DNA of 25,644 nt from a virus (lineage: Duplodnaviria > Caudoviricetes): positions 1-25,644 of the IMG/VR virus record IMGVR_UViG_3300025382_000042. One strand, written 5' to 3'. Below the pieces are notes generated by a model. That model saw nothing but the letters and a program-made list of their open reading frames with translations. It made no database searches and was not told where the DNA came from. The first letter of the stretch is position 1; each line of letters opens with the position of its first letter. Both the position numbers and the translations under genes were made by a program. This document shows positions 15,498 to 25,324 of this stretch, piece after piece.

Positions 15498-16016
15498 ATG
15501 CCGACACTTTACGTCGCCAATGCCAGCAAGCAACGGCACGATTTTATCTACCGCATCCCGGAAGAAACAGCCGTTCGCCGCCAGCAAATTCAGCCCGGTG
15601 GCCAGATCACGGTTTATCAACCTAATGCGGCACCGGAAGTGGTTTCTGCTATCATCGACCAGCACAAAAGGTATGGGCTGGTCGATGTGGCAGAAATTGA
15701 CCGCAGGAAGGAATTTGTCGGTTTGTGCTATTGCATCGACAAACCGATTAAGGTTGAAAAATTCATGTATGCCGAGGAGTCAAACTCTGACGTGTTGACA
15801 AAGGCCAGCGAGGAAGCGCGTCAGCTTTCTGCCGCTGCCTTACACAATGCGTTGGAGATGGCGACGGAAGGCGGCGCGAAGATCGAATCGCTTGAACTGG
15901 AGATCGTTCAGCAGAATGGCAAGAATGAGCCTGGGCTGAATGAGATCATGCAAGTGAGTCGCAACATCGAGTCGCCCACGCCCCGGCCTCGCGGTCGGCC
16001 TAGGAAAGTTGCCTAA
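15498..16016 (+). CDS. Head-associated hypothetical protein with a C-terminal AT-hook-like motif
   Basis: SD AGGAGAGG. Ends with PRPRGRPRKVA. Confidence 0.8.
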   Translation: MPTLYVANASKQRHDFIYRIPEETAVRRQQIQPGGQITVYQPNAAPEVVSAIIDQHKRYGLVDVAEIDRRKEFVGLCYCIDKPIKVEKFMYAEESNSDVLTKASEEARQLSAAALHNALEMATEGGAKIESLELEIVQQNGKNEPGLNEIMQVSRNIESPTPRPRGRPRKVA

Positions 16017-16018
16017 CC

Positions 16019-16483
16019 ATGCTTCCAACCGTCACGGGATTTCAATCGTTCATCTACAACGTCATGGGGATCGACCCTCTGGTGTTGCCGAGCGATAGTC
16101 CCGTGATTGGTTGGGCTTTCCAAGTCGCTATGATGATCGTCAGCCCTGACCTTGCGATTGTCGCAACGGCGAATGGCACGACCCCGGCCACATCGTTGTA
16201 TGAGTTGGCGGTGTATAATTTGGCTGGGGACAACCTTGTCAATTATGCGCAGGATCAGGCGGGCCGCACGTATTTTGCTGATCTGCGGGCAAGCCTCAAA
16301 ATCAATGCGTTTGCGGCTGGCGTGGTCACGTCGGCGTCTGACGCTGGCACCAGCGATAGTTTAGCTGTGCCGGAGTCGCTGAAGAACCTGACGCTATCTG
16401 ACTTGCAGAATCTCAAGACGCCCTGGGGGCGTGCCTATTTGGCGATTGCGCAGCGGTATGGAACACTGTGGGGCCTGACATGA
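16019..16483 (+). CDS. Head-tail adaptor (DUF4054-like)
   Basis: Synteny. GVVTSASD...LKTPWGRAYL motif. Confidence 0.75.
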   Translation: MLPTVTGFQSFIYNVMGIDPLVLPSDSPVIGWAFQVAMMIVSPDLAIVATANGTTPATSLYELAVYNLAGDNLVNYAQDQAGRTYFADLRASLKINAFAAGVVTSASDAGTSDSLAVPESLKNLTLSDLQNLKTPWGRAYLAIAQRYGTLWGLT

Positions 16484-16989
16484 CAACCCTGCATCTTGGC
16501 GTGATTGATATGCCCTACATGGAACCCAACAAAGGATTCCAGGGGAGAAAGCCGCACCATACGCACGCTGAAGAATACGAAAATGTGACGACATATGAAG
16601 TCGCAAAAGACCTCGAAGAACGCTATGGAATTATGCAAGCGTTCTTTCGCGTTTATCAAACCAAAATTGCGGAAGATGTCGAAAATTCGTTAAAGGGTGC
16701 GCTAGAGAGTTTGCTTTCTGGTGCGCCTAAGTCGTCACCGTATTCTGCCGCGAGCAGCGACATCGGCGCAAAATTCAAAAATTTCCTGTCTTCGCAAGAA
16801 GTCGAGCATGTTGGCTTGCCCAATGTCCCGACGTTGGCTGCAGAGATGGGCATCCGCCACCGCTATAAAGACCCGCGTGGCAAATGGGTTGGCAAGGGCA
16901 AAGATCGCAAGTTTGTCTACAACCCGCCGCGCCCGTCGTTTATCGACACTGGCTTGTATCAGGCGTCTTTCAAAGCGTGGTTTGACTGA
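16480..16989 (+). CDS. Neck / tail-completion protein
   Basis: ATGA overlap with the upstream gene. C-terminal RPSFIDTGLYQAS motif typical of neck proteins. Confidence 0.7.
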   Translation: MTTLHLGVIDMPYMEPNKGFQGRKPHHTHAEEYENVTTYEVAKDLEERYGIMQAFFRVYQTKIAEDVENSLKGALESLLSGAPKSSPYSAASSDIGAKFKNFLSSQEVEHVGLPNVPTLAAEMGIRHRYKDPRGKWVGKGKDRKFVYNPPRPSFIDTGLYQASFKAWFD

Positions 16990-17939
16990 TGGCGACAGTC
17001 ACTGAAAGCATGGGCGCAGGCCAACAGTTAAAAGCCGTTCTTGAGAGCGGCTTGACGATGCTTTCTGCGTCTCAGACGTTGACGTTTACAAAATACGTTA
17101 AACGCATTTTGCCGCTTGATGGATATGTGTTTTGGTTGGCCGGTGAACAGATCACTGCGCAAGGTTCGCTGCACTATGCAACGGACTTGGCGGTGAATGA
17201 AGATGAGACGATCACGATCAACAATATCGTGTTCACAACCACACGGCCAATCACCGAATTAAATACGATCAACCAGCAAATCATCTGGATTGCATCGTAT
17301 GACGGTCTTCGCTTTGCGTTTTCGCAGCGCGGCATGTTCTACGAACAGGCGGGACTGTATCACTACGGCGGACATGCGGTTTATTCCGCCTTGGCCTCGC
17401 AGTTGGTGGACAATCTCTATACGTTCACGCCGGATGATCTGATCGTTTCAAACAGTCTACCGGCATGGTTGGCTATACAGTCATATTCGCCAATTTGGTT
17501 GCAGCCTAGCAATCCTGGCATTATGCTATACCCATCATTCCTTGTGCCATCAAACATTTATCCGCCATATGGCGTCGTCCACATAGAACCAGGGGAGACG
17601 AGAGCGATCCAGGCTGCGCCTTACCTGAGTTCTAACGTGTCGCATTATCAGTTGGCAACTGACCGGGTCCGAGTGACGTTGTATGGCTACAACAACCAAG
17701 CCGCATTGGACTTTGTAGACACGGTCAATCAATACAGCTTGGACACAGATGTTATTGGCATCATGAATATGCCGATGATGCGTGACGAAAAAAGAGCGCA
17801 ACCAGAATTGCAAGCTATTGCAATGAAGAAAACGATAGATTTTGATGTGAGTTATTATCAAACTCGCATCAACGATTTGGCTAGACAGCTCATTGAACAG
17901 GCTTTCGTTCAATATACTGTTTCACCATACCCAAACTAA
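16989..17939 (+). CDS. Head-closure / tail-terminator-type structural protein
   Basis: TGATG overlap, 316 aa, located between the neck and sheath genes. Confidence 0.6.
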   Translation: MATVTESMGAGQQLKAVLESGLTMLSASQTLTFTKYVKRILPLDGYVFWLAGEQITAQGSLHYATDLAVNEDETITINNIVFTTTRPITELNTINQQIIWIASYDGLRFAFSQRGMFYEQAGLYHYGGHAVYSALASQLVDNLYTFTPDDLIVSNSLPAWLAIQSYSPIWLQPSNPGIMLYPSFLVPSNIYPPYGVVHIEPGETRAIQAAPYLSSNVSHYQLATDRVRVTLYGYNNQAALDFVDTVNQYSLDTDVIGIMNMPMMRDEKRAQPELQAIAMKKTIDFDVSYYQTRINDLARQLIEQAFVQYTVSPYPN

Positions 17940-17952
17940 CGAGGAGTTTGTT

Positions 17953-18315
17953 ATGCCGCAGTCCCCTTCACAAGTTTACCCTGCAGTTTCTAGCGGCGTT
18001 GCCAAGCCGCTGAACCTTGATCCGAATGGCAACCTGCTGGTTGCTGACAATCAGGGCGCGGAATCGTCTACTCTTAACATCACGGCGGCGACCGTGGTGA
18101 AGGCGTCTTCTGGCTATATTGGCAAGATTTCCGTGACGACAGCTGGTTCGGCTGGCGCTGTCTATGACTATGCTTCGACCAGCGGCACTGGCGCTGCGAC
18201 CTTGGTCGCCGTCATTCCGGCCACGGTTGGCGTGTATGCGTTTGACTGGCCGGTCAACACTGGCATCGTCATTGCCCCTGGTGCTTCTCAGGTTGTGTCG
18301 GTCAGCTATCGCTAA
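17953..18315 (+). CDS. Small beta-rich virion protein (120 aa)
   Basis: SD GAGGAG before ATG 17953. Rich in Ala, Ser, Val and Thr. Confidence 0.75.
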   Translation: MPQSPSQVYPAVSSGVAKPLNLDPNGNLLVADNQGAESSTLNITAATVVKASSGYIGKISVTTAGSAGAVYDYASTSGTGAATLVAVIPATVGVYAFDWPVNTGIVIAPGASQVVSVSYR

Positions 18316-18351
18316 TCAACACCGTCGCACCCGCAACTGTCGGAGCGCATA

Positions 18352-19965
18352 ATGAGCGTCAACATTGTTACCGTTAATGTAACGCAGACTGTTGGGCCTA
18401 CGCCCTCCACTCTGCAATCTACCGGCGCGCTCGTCAGCACGGGTGCGACTAACACGTCTCCTGGCACGATCACGCTGCTAACCCAGCTTTCTGATCTGAC
18501 GGCGATCCTTAATGGATCGTTGGCTGTCACGTCGATCTCTTGGGCAGCTAACGTGGCCACCGTGACTACCACGGCGGCACACGGCCTGACTATTGGTCAG
18601 ACTTACCCGATCACCATTGCAGGCAGCTTAATCACTGCCTACAACGGAAATTGGCTCTGCACGGTCACCACAACGACAGCGTTCACGTTTACGCTGGTTG
18701 TGGCAAGCAACCCTGGCACCGCGTCCAATACCGGCATCGTTTGGTCACAGGAAGATGTGAGCGAACTGCTGGCGATGGCGACCACGTTCTTTGCGCAGGG
18801 GGCCAATCTGGCGTGCTACGTGCTGGAATTGGGTGCTGCGTCGGTGACGCAGAGCGTAGCCAATTTGCAGACGTATCTCAATGCCAACCCCAACAGCAAC
18901 TACACGGCTGGCTCTGTCGGTTACTTCTATGCTTACGTGGTTCCGCGTGAATGGGACGGCAATGCGGCGTTCCTGGCGCTGCTTGCCAGCTATGAATCCA
19001 CTACGGCGCAGACGTATTTCTTCATCACGACGACGCTTGCCACTTACGGCAGCTATACGAATTTGATGAAGTGCGCGTTTACGATGATCGAATCGCCGTC
19101 TTACGGCGTTTACCCCGCCAACGTCTTGACGGCGATCAGCTATTCAAGCGTCACCGGTTATGTAACGGCGACAACCACGACATCGCACAACGTGTCTGTC
19201 GGCAACTGGTTTACAATCAGTGGCTGCACGCCGAGTGGCTATAATGGCACGTTCCAGGCGCTCCCTGGCACGACCGGCAACACGCTGATTTATGCGGTGT
19301 CTTCCAACCCTGGCGCTGAGACGATCCTCGGCACACTACAGGCCAGCCTGTATGCCAATGCTGGCGTGCCCAGCACCGAGTTCAGCGTGGTGTCTGCCTT
19401 CTGGCGGTTGTTGAATTATGCGCCGTCTGCGGCGAACCTCGTGACGCCGTTTAGCTTTGGCTACGTCTACGGCGTAACGCCGTTCCCGACACGCGGTCAA
19501 AACTCGCTTCTGAACACGCTGAAGAACTCTTACACCAATGTCATCGGCACGGGTGCAGAGGGTGGTATCAGCAACACGATCATCCTGTGGGGAACCACGG
19601 AAGACGGCCATGACTTCACGTATTGGTATTCGGTTGACTGGGTGCAAATCACGTCAAACGAAATGCTGTCCAATGTCATCATCAACGGGTCGAACAACCC
19701 GCAGAACCCGCTCTACTACGATCAGAACGGCATCAACCGTCTGAAAGCGGCAGAGCAGACCGTGATGAACAATGGCATTGCGTTTGGCCTCGTGCTTGGC
19801 CCGGTAACGGTCAATGCAGTGCCATTCGCCACCTACGTGACAGAAAACCCCACGGATTACCCGGCGGGCATTTATCGCGGTCTGTCGGTCACCTACACGC
19901 CGCAACGTGGCTTCACGCAGATCGTGTTCTACGTCAACGTCACTTCGTTCCCGGCTGGAGGCTAA
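18352..19965 (+). CDS. Tail sheath protein (DUF3383-like) with two inserted beta modules
   Basis: YWYSVDWVQI, PLYYDQNGINRL and Y-x-G-x-Y-x-GLSV C-terminal sheath motifs. Precedes a tube-sized gene. Confidence 0.85.
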   Translation: MSVNIVTVNVTQTVGPTPSTLQSTGALVSTGATNTSPGTITLLTQLSDLTAILNGSLAVTSISWAANVATVTTTAAHGLTIGQTYPITIAGSLITAYNGNWLCTVTTTTAFTFTLVVASNPGTASNTGIVWSQEDVSELLAMATTFFAQGANLACYVLELGAASVTQSVANLQTYLNANPNSNYTAGSVGYFYAYVVPREWDGNAAFLALLASYESTTAQTYFFITTTLATYGSYTNLMKCAFTMIESPSYGVYPANVLTAISYSSVTGYVTATTTTSHNVSVGNWFTISGCTPSGYNGTFQALPGTTGNTLIYAVSSNPGAETILGTLQASLYANAGVPSTEFSVVSAFWRLLNYAPSAANLVTPFSFGYVYGVTPFPTRGQNSLLNTLKNSYTNVIGTGAEGGISNTIILWGTTEDGHDFTYWYSVDWVQITSNEMLSNVIINGSNNPQNPLYYDQNGINRLKAAEQTVMNNGIAFGLVLGPVTVNAVPFATYVTENPTDYPAGIYRGLSVTYTPQRGFTQIVFYVNVTSFPAGG

Positions 19966-19968
19966 CAA

Positions 19969-20415
19969 ATGGCTGGCAATCCGCAAATCACCCAGGGAAC
20001 ACTGAACCGCCTTCGCGGTTCAGTCGTTATCCCCAACTTTCCCGCACTGAACGTCACCGCCCCATTTCTGGGGCGTCCTGGCATTAGCATTTCATTTGAA
20101 GGTGAGACGACGACATCGATCCCGACTATGACAGGGACGGTGCAGTCGCCTATGCCTTATCAAATGGTGACGGTCACTGTTGCGTTGTTGAAAACGCAAT
20201 CTTTGGCTGCTCAATGGGAAGCGCAACGGCAAAAATTGTCTTTGATTGGTGATGTGACCGTCACCACTGACACCTCGACGTTGCCGGACTACACGTTCAA
20301 TAACTGCGCCATCGACAACATTCGGGATTTGAATTTTGCCGGTGAAGATGCTGGTTATGTTGCGACCATCAAAGGTTACTACCAGATCAACAGCAGCCTC
20401 TGGTCGCTGATCTAA
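19969..20415 (+). CDS. Tail tube protein
   Basis: 148 aa, directly after the sheath gene, SD GGAGG, followed by a hairpin. Confidence 0.75.
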   Translation: MAGNPQITQGTLNRLRGSVVIPNFPALNVTAPFLGRPGISISFEGETTTSIPTMTGTVQSPMPYQMVTVTVALLKTQSLAAQWEAQRQKLSLIGDVTVTTDTSTLPDYTFNNCAIDNIRDLNFAGEDAGYVATIKGYYQINSSLWSLI

Positions 20416-20422
20416 TCGCATC

Positions 20423-20444
20423 CAGGCGGGCAGCAACCCGCCTG
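20423..20444 (+). terminator. Hairpin/terminator after the tube gene
   Basis: CAGGCGGG-CAGCAA-CCCGCCTG followed by a weak ATTGCTT tail. Confidence 0.6.
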
Positions 20445-20465
20445 ATTGCTTGAAGGAGAGGGCTT

Positions 20466-21038
20466 ATGCGAATTGATAACAAGCTGAATTTGGTGGTGGA
20501 AGTCGAAACCGACGAAGGCCATACAATTTACGTCCACAGCACGCCAATTTCACGAGAAGTGTTTGAAAAATACTTCCTCATCATCGGCAAAACGTTTTCT
20601 TCGTTGATTTCCGAGGGTTTGAGTTTTGTGTCTGGCCCGCGTGTTGCGGCGATGATGTTGAAAAAAATTGCCACCGATCAAGGGGTGTGGGAAGGCCGAG
20701 ACGGCATACAAAATGGCTTGATGGCTGAAATTCGCCGTTTGTCAAATGTCATCATGTCAACTGAACGCGGCTGGCAGACAATTCCTTTCCAAGATGCCAT
20801 AGACAAAAAAATGATGAGTCAATCTGACATCGATGAGGTGGAAGGACTAATCTGTTTTTTTATCTGCGTCTCTGCTATGTCTCGGAAGAACGAACTTCCT
20901 CCAATTTTGGAAAAGATGCGTTTATGGGGATCGCAGGTAACATCCTCGAATTGTATGGAATACGCCGCTTCTTTGCCGACGTTGACCGCGACCGAGACTT
21001 CACCAGAGATGGAGAACACATCGTCAGTGCCACACTAG
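20466..21038 (+). CDS. Tail assembly chaperone
   Basis: SD AAGGAG. Located between the tube and tape measure genes. Confidence 0.7.
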   Translation: MRIDNKLNLVVEVETDEGHTIYVHSTPISREVFEKYFLIIGKTFSSLISEGLSFVSGPRVAAMMLKKIATDQGVWEGRDGIQNGLMAEIRRLSNVIMSTERGWQTIPFQDAIDKKMMSQSDIDEVEGLICFFICVSAMSRKNELPPILEKMRLWGSQVTSSNCMEYAASLPTLTATETSPEMENTSSVPH

Positions 21039-21166
21039 ATTGGTTGTTGAATGAAGGATTTTATGATTTCTTCAATGGCGTTTCAGACCAGTGGCAATGG
21101 GAAGATTCTCATGAATACCGACAGCGGTATTTGGTGAAATCAATTAGACAGATTGGAATGGTTTGA
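20924..21166 (+). CDS. Second tail-chaperone ORF in the -1 frame (possible frameshift extension)
   Basis: Overlaps the chaperone 3' end, and its stop overlaps the TMP start (TGATG). The start is uncertain. Confidence 0.55.
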   Translation: MGIAGNILELYGIRRFFADVDRDRDFTRDGEHIVSATLDWLLNEGFYDFFNGVSDQWQWEDSHEYRQRYLVKSIRQIGMV

Positions 21167-23019
21167 TGCCCGTAAAATCCGTCATAGATGTCGAGGTCAA
21201 TGACAAAGCCTTTACGGCGTTTTATGAAAAATTCTCGCAATACAAACAAGAACTGTCTGAATTGCCTGTTCTTTGGGGCGAGTCAGACACAGCCTTAAAG
21301 GAAACGGCAAATGCTTTGACCGACATGGTTAAAGCAATGACTGATTTGTCTAAAACCAACAAGGTGGTTGTTGATGGCCAATCAAGAGTGCGATTGGAAG
21401 TTGAAAAAACTAACTATTCAATGGTCAGGCTGGTTGCGACAACTGGAAAATTTGCTAATTTCATAAAAGATGCAACATTCTCGTTAATGAAATGGGCCAG
21501 CCTAACCAGCGTATTCACTGGTCTGGCAGGTTATTTTTCATTTGGTGGGTTAATGAATTTGGGTCAGGCCGCTTCCGGTAGGCGGTCTGAGGCTATGGGC
21601 CTTGGTATTCAACCGGGCGAATTGAAAGCCATTAACACCACATATAGCACCAGAGTTCCTGGTGCATCTCGGCTGCTTAGTTCTTTAGCAGACATTAAGG
21701 CAGATAGACAACAATGGTGGAAATTACATAGATTTGGTATTTCTAACGAAGAAATAGCGACAAAAAGCGCGGCTGAACTTTTTCCGTCTTATATAGAGGG
21801 CGCGCAAAGAATAGCAAAAAGAACCCCAGAAGGTAATTGGGCTGCTCAATTATTCAATCCTGGCACCATGAGTGGCACCGGCTTTGATATAACCACGCTT
21901 CGTCAAGTTCGTGATCTTGGCCCAGAAGTAACTGAATTAAATAGAAATTATCGTCAAAATCTTTTAACATTTAACGAAAGTTCAAAAGAAGATAAATTAT
22001 GGTCTGATTTTATAGAAAGAATTAGCAAATCATGGGAAAGAATGAATACAGACCTGACAAAGGTTTTAGCGCCTTTGGCTGGTCCAGTGTCAAATGTTGT
22101 TGATGCTTTTACGCATTTAGCAAATGTTATTTTTACAGATGAGAATTTCAAAGCTGGCATAAATCAATTTGCAAATTTTATTGAAGAAATAGCAAAAGAT
22201 CTAAAAAAAGAAGGTGTCAAAAATGCATTAAGTGAAGCAATAAAAGAAATTGGCGAATTTGCTCATCATGTTGCCACCATTTCTAAGTGGATATGGAATC
22301 ACACTCCTGATTTTATTAAAAATCCAGAAGGTGTAAACAAATCAGCAGATGAAATGCAGCGTATGATGGAGGGGGGAGGTATGCCGGAGAGTTCTCCGGG
22401 TGATGAAAATTTCAACATTTGGGATCGAAAAAATTGGATTCCTAACTTAAATCCTGATTTATACAACACAAATCCAGAAGGCGGACCTTACGGTGATTTG
22501 TTGCACAAGAGTGCATACAGAGGGCGTAGAGGTGGCCTAATCAGCGCCATAATGCGCGCTGAGTCGGGCGGAAATCCCAATGCAACATCATCCGCTGGTG
22601 CTATGGGCCTGATGCAACTTATGCCGGGAACGTATGCAGACTTGCGCAAAAATAGGCCCGACTTAAACCTTGGTTCCAATCCATACGATCCAGTTGACAA
22701 CATGAAAGCTGGAACAGCTTACATCCAGCAAATGCTAGGCATGTTTGGCAATGATCCAGAAAAAGCACTGGCCGCTTACAACTGGGGACCGGGTAACCTT
22801 CAAAAAGACATTGCTGCTCATGGCTCTCGTTGGCGGCAATATCTGCCCAGAGAGACTTCGCAATATGTTGCTCGTGTTCTTGGCTCATCTGGTGGCGGCA
22901 ATGGTGGATATTCTAGTGTGGATGTAAATCTTTACGTGCATCAAGAAGCTGGATCAAACACTATTATCAACGCCAATCAGTTGAAAACTAGAACGACAAC
23001 AAGAGGGGTTAGCGCATGA
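21166..23019 (+). CDS. Tape measure protein with a C-terminal lytic transglycosylase (SLT) domain
   Basis: Helical N-terminus. AESGGNPNATSSAGAMGLMQLMPGT and ALAAYNWGPG SLT motifs. Confidence 0.9.
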   Translation: MPVKSVIDVEVNDKAFTAFYEKFSQYKQELSELPVLWGESDTALKETANALTDMVKAMTDLSKTNKVVVDGQSRVRLEVEKTNYSMVRLVATTGKFANFIKDATFSLMKWASLTSVFTGLAGYFSFGGLMNLGQAASGRRSEAMGLGIQPGELKAINTTYSTRVPGASRLLSSLADIKADRQQWWKLHRFGISNEEIATKSAAELFPSYIEGAQRIAKRTPEGNWAAQLFNPGTMSGTGFDITTLRQVRDLGPEVTELNRNYRQNLLTFNESSKEDKLWSDFIERISKSWERMNTDLTKVLAPLAGPVSNVVDAFTHLANVIFTDENFKAGINQFANFIEEIAKDLKKEGVKNALSEAIKEIGEFAHHVATISKWIWNHTPDFIKNPEGVNKSADEMQRMMEGGGMPESSPGDENFNIWDRKNWIPNLNPDLYNTNPEGGPYGDLLHKSAYRGRRGGLISAIMRAESGGNPNATSSAGAMGLMQLMPGTYADLRKNRPDLNLGSNPYDPVDNMKAGTAYIQQMLGMFGNDPEKALAAYNWGPGNLQKDIAAHGSRWRQYLPRETSQYVARVLGSSGGGNGGYSSVDVNLYVHQEAGSNTIINANQLKTRTTTRGVSA

Positions 23020-23687
23020 GTGGCGTTCTAAATACCCTTGGTCGAGTATCTTATCAGCTTGCTTTTCAATGCTCGCCAATCATTTTCACTGGTGGCATCG
23101 CAGGCCAATTCGGCTTGAACATCGGCAATATTGGATACATGCCGATCATCGAAATCACAGAGGCGGCAAATTTTGTTGCCAACATTTTGTCTGGAAAAAT
23201 TCCATTCAATCTTGATGATTTTTTTGCTCATTTTTCGCCCATGCCAGGGGGCACGCTGGCAAAATATTCGATTGGTCAATATCCATTTGCCAACCAATCG
23301 GTTGCAGCAAACGCAATCATCTCAGAGCCACTAACGCTATCAATACGCATGATGATACCCGTCAAAGCGCCAGGAGGACATCCGGCGAAATTGGTCACGA
23401 TGATTATGTTGCAAGCTGCGATTGCTCGGCACGCCCAACTTGGTGGAACATATACGGTTGCCACACCGGCAGGACTATACACCAATCTCATTCTAACCGG
23501 GCTGACTGACGTTAGTTCTGGTCTAAACCCCATTCCTCAAAACACATGGCAATGGGATTTTGTTCAGCCTTTGGTTACCATTCAACAGGCCCAAGGCGCA
23601 CAAAGCACGCTCATGAGCAATTTCACCAATGGAACGCCGCCTCTTTCCACTGATGGTCTAGTTCCTGGGCAAGTTCAAGGGCAATAA
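23016..23687 (+). CDS. Baseplate / tube-initiator protein
   Basis: ATGA overlap after TMP. YPFANQSVAANAII...WQWDFVQPL. Confidence 0.65.
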   Translation: MSGVLNTLGRVSYQLAFQCSPIIFTGGIAGQFGLNIGNIGYMPIIEITEAANFVANILSGKIPFNLDDFFAHFSPMPGGTLAKYSIGQYPFANQSVAANAIISEPLTLSIRMMIPVKAPGGHPAKLVTMIMLQAAIARHAQLGGTYTVATPAGLYTNLILTGLTDVSSGLNPIPQNTWQWDFVQPLVTIQQAQGAQSTLMSNFTNGTPPLSTDGLVPGQVQGQ

Positions 23688-23690
23688 AAT

Positions 23691-24260
23691 ATGACAATAT
23701 ATTATTCCTTTTCGCCCGTCGCTTCATTTGCCAATGTTCAAGTCCCGTCAGTTCTCACAAACTTGACGCCAGCCGGGTTAAATCCGGTTGCAAATTTACA
23801 AGGAACATTGCCATTTAATTTTCAGCCGTTCTTAGATGGCGTTCAATATAACATAACTGTTCCGTGGAATTTTTTCGGTCAAAGATACTACGTTCAATGC
23901 ACAACGCTTTCTGGTAAATTGGTGTTTTATTTGCCTTTAATTGGCTCCCAAAACGCAATTTACATTAAATCAATTAGCTGGGTTCCGAACTACGTTACTG
24001 TCACAACGGTGGTCCCGCATGGATTTAATGTTGGCGAAATTGTCAATTTGACAATTAACAATACAATTCCTTTATCATATAATGGCGTATATTCATGCAG
24101 CGTAATAAATGAAACGCAATTTACATACGTTTTTAATTTTGATCCTGGTTCTGTAACTTCGTTTGGAATTGTGTCTTTTGATGTCAACATCGCGGCAGGA
24201 TATTTCAATTCAACGCTGGTTTATCGCACAAACAATCAGCAATTTGAGGTCAGCCCGTGA
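23691..24260 (+). CDS. Small baseplate protein with an inserted beta module
   Basis: FQPFLDGVQYNITVPWNFFGQRYY N-terminal part and NIAAGYFNSTLVYR C-terminal part flank a TVTT-x3-HG...YNG module. Confidence 0.7.
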   Translation: MTIYYSFSPVASFANVQVPSVLTNLTPAGLNPVANLQGTLPFNFQPFLDGVQYNITVPWNFFGQRYYVQCTTLSGKLVFYLPLIGSQNAIYIKSISWVPNYVTVTTVVPHGFNVGEIVNLTINNTIPLSYNGVYSCSVINETQFTYVFNFDPGSVTSFGIVSFDVNIAAGYFNSTLVYRTNNQQFEVSP

Positions 24261-25324
24261 GGTATTACGAGATCACGATTGTTGATCCAAACAACCCAGA
24301 TGCGGCACCGACCGTGTATAAAAGCCAACAATCTAACGGCAGGCCCGATCCCGGCGCGCTGAACATTCAATTCGATATTCCAATATCCACATACGACAAC
24401 CCGCAGGGCAATTCATCTTTGCACATTTGGGGCATACCGCTGCAATCAATAGCCAATGCTTTTTATGAAAATGGAAAAAACATTTACATAAAGGCTGGCT
24501 TCCAACGCGGTTTGCCTCTTGCTACTGAAGCCGCAAAATTTGCCGGTCCTATTTTTCAAGGACAAGTCTTGCAATGTTTTGGAAATTGGCAAGGCACAGA
24601 AATGACGTTGCACTATATGATTACGGGTGGCCTCGCTGAAGCCACCGCGTCTTCATCCCCTGCGACCGCAATGCAATCTTCTAATGTCGCGCCCGCTTCC
24701 GCGCCATTGACGGGCGATCTAACTCAGCCGTTCAACGGCGTTTTTAATTGGCCCGCAAATGCTTCTCTTGAACAGGCATTGAAACAATTTTTTGCCACGT
24801 CTATGAAAGTGAACAACCCTTACATAAGCATTAATCCAACGCTTGTCGCGCCATCCGCCCAGCCGGGTGTTTATTCGAGCCTAAATCAGTTTGCAGACTG
24901 GTTGCGTCAATTTACGCAACGGCAAATTGGCGGATCATACAATGGCGTCACCATACAACAAAATGCAAATGGCATTTTTGTTGTGACTGATGGGACACAG
25001 CCAACAAGCCCGACAAATGATCCAAATGAACCAAAAACAGTAACTGTGGATTTCAAAGACTACATAGGGCAACCCACTTGGATTAATGTTCAAACAATTC
25101 AATTCAAAACGGCCATGAGAACAGATATCAATGTAAATGATACAGCCATTTTGCCCTCTGGCTTTTTTGGAATAGCTTCGCAACAACCTTTTGCGCAACA
25201 AAATTACAGAGACAAATTGGCTCAAAATGGTTCGTTTATTATAAACAGCGTAAGGCATGTTGGGAATTTCCGTCAACCTGACGCAAATTCTTGGGTGACT
25301 GTTTTTGAGGGTGTGCCTTCATGA
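24257..25324 (+). CDS. Baseplate hub protein
   Basis: GTGA overlap. IGQPTW and VRHVGNFRQPDANSWVTVF motifs. Synteny. Confidence 0.75.
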   Translation: MRYYEITIVDPNNPDAAPTVYKSQQSNGRPDPGALNIQFDIPISTYDNPQGNSSLHIWGIPLQSIANAFYENGKNIYIKAGFQRGLPLATEAAKFAGPIFQGQVLQCFGNWQGTEMTLHYMITGGLAEATASSSPATAMQSSNVAPASAPLTGDLTQPFNGVFNWPANASLEQALKQFFATSMKVNNPYISINPTLVAPSAQPGVYSSLNQFADWLRQFTQRQIGGSYNGVTIQQNANGIFVVTDGTQPTSPTNDPNEPKTVTVDFKDYIGQPTWINVQTIQFKTAMRTDINVNDTAILPSGFFGIASQQPFAQQNYRDKLAQNGSFIINSVRHVGNFRQPDANSWVTVFEGVPS

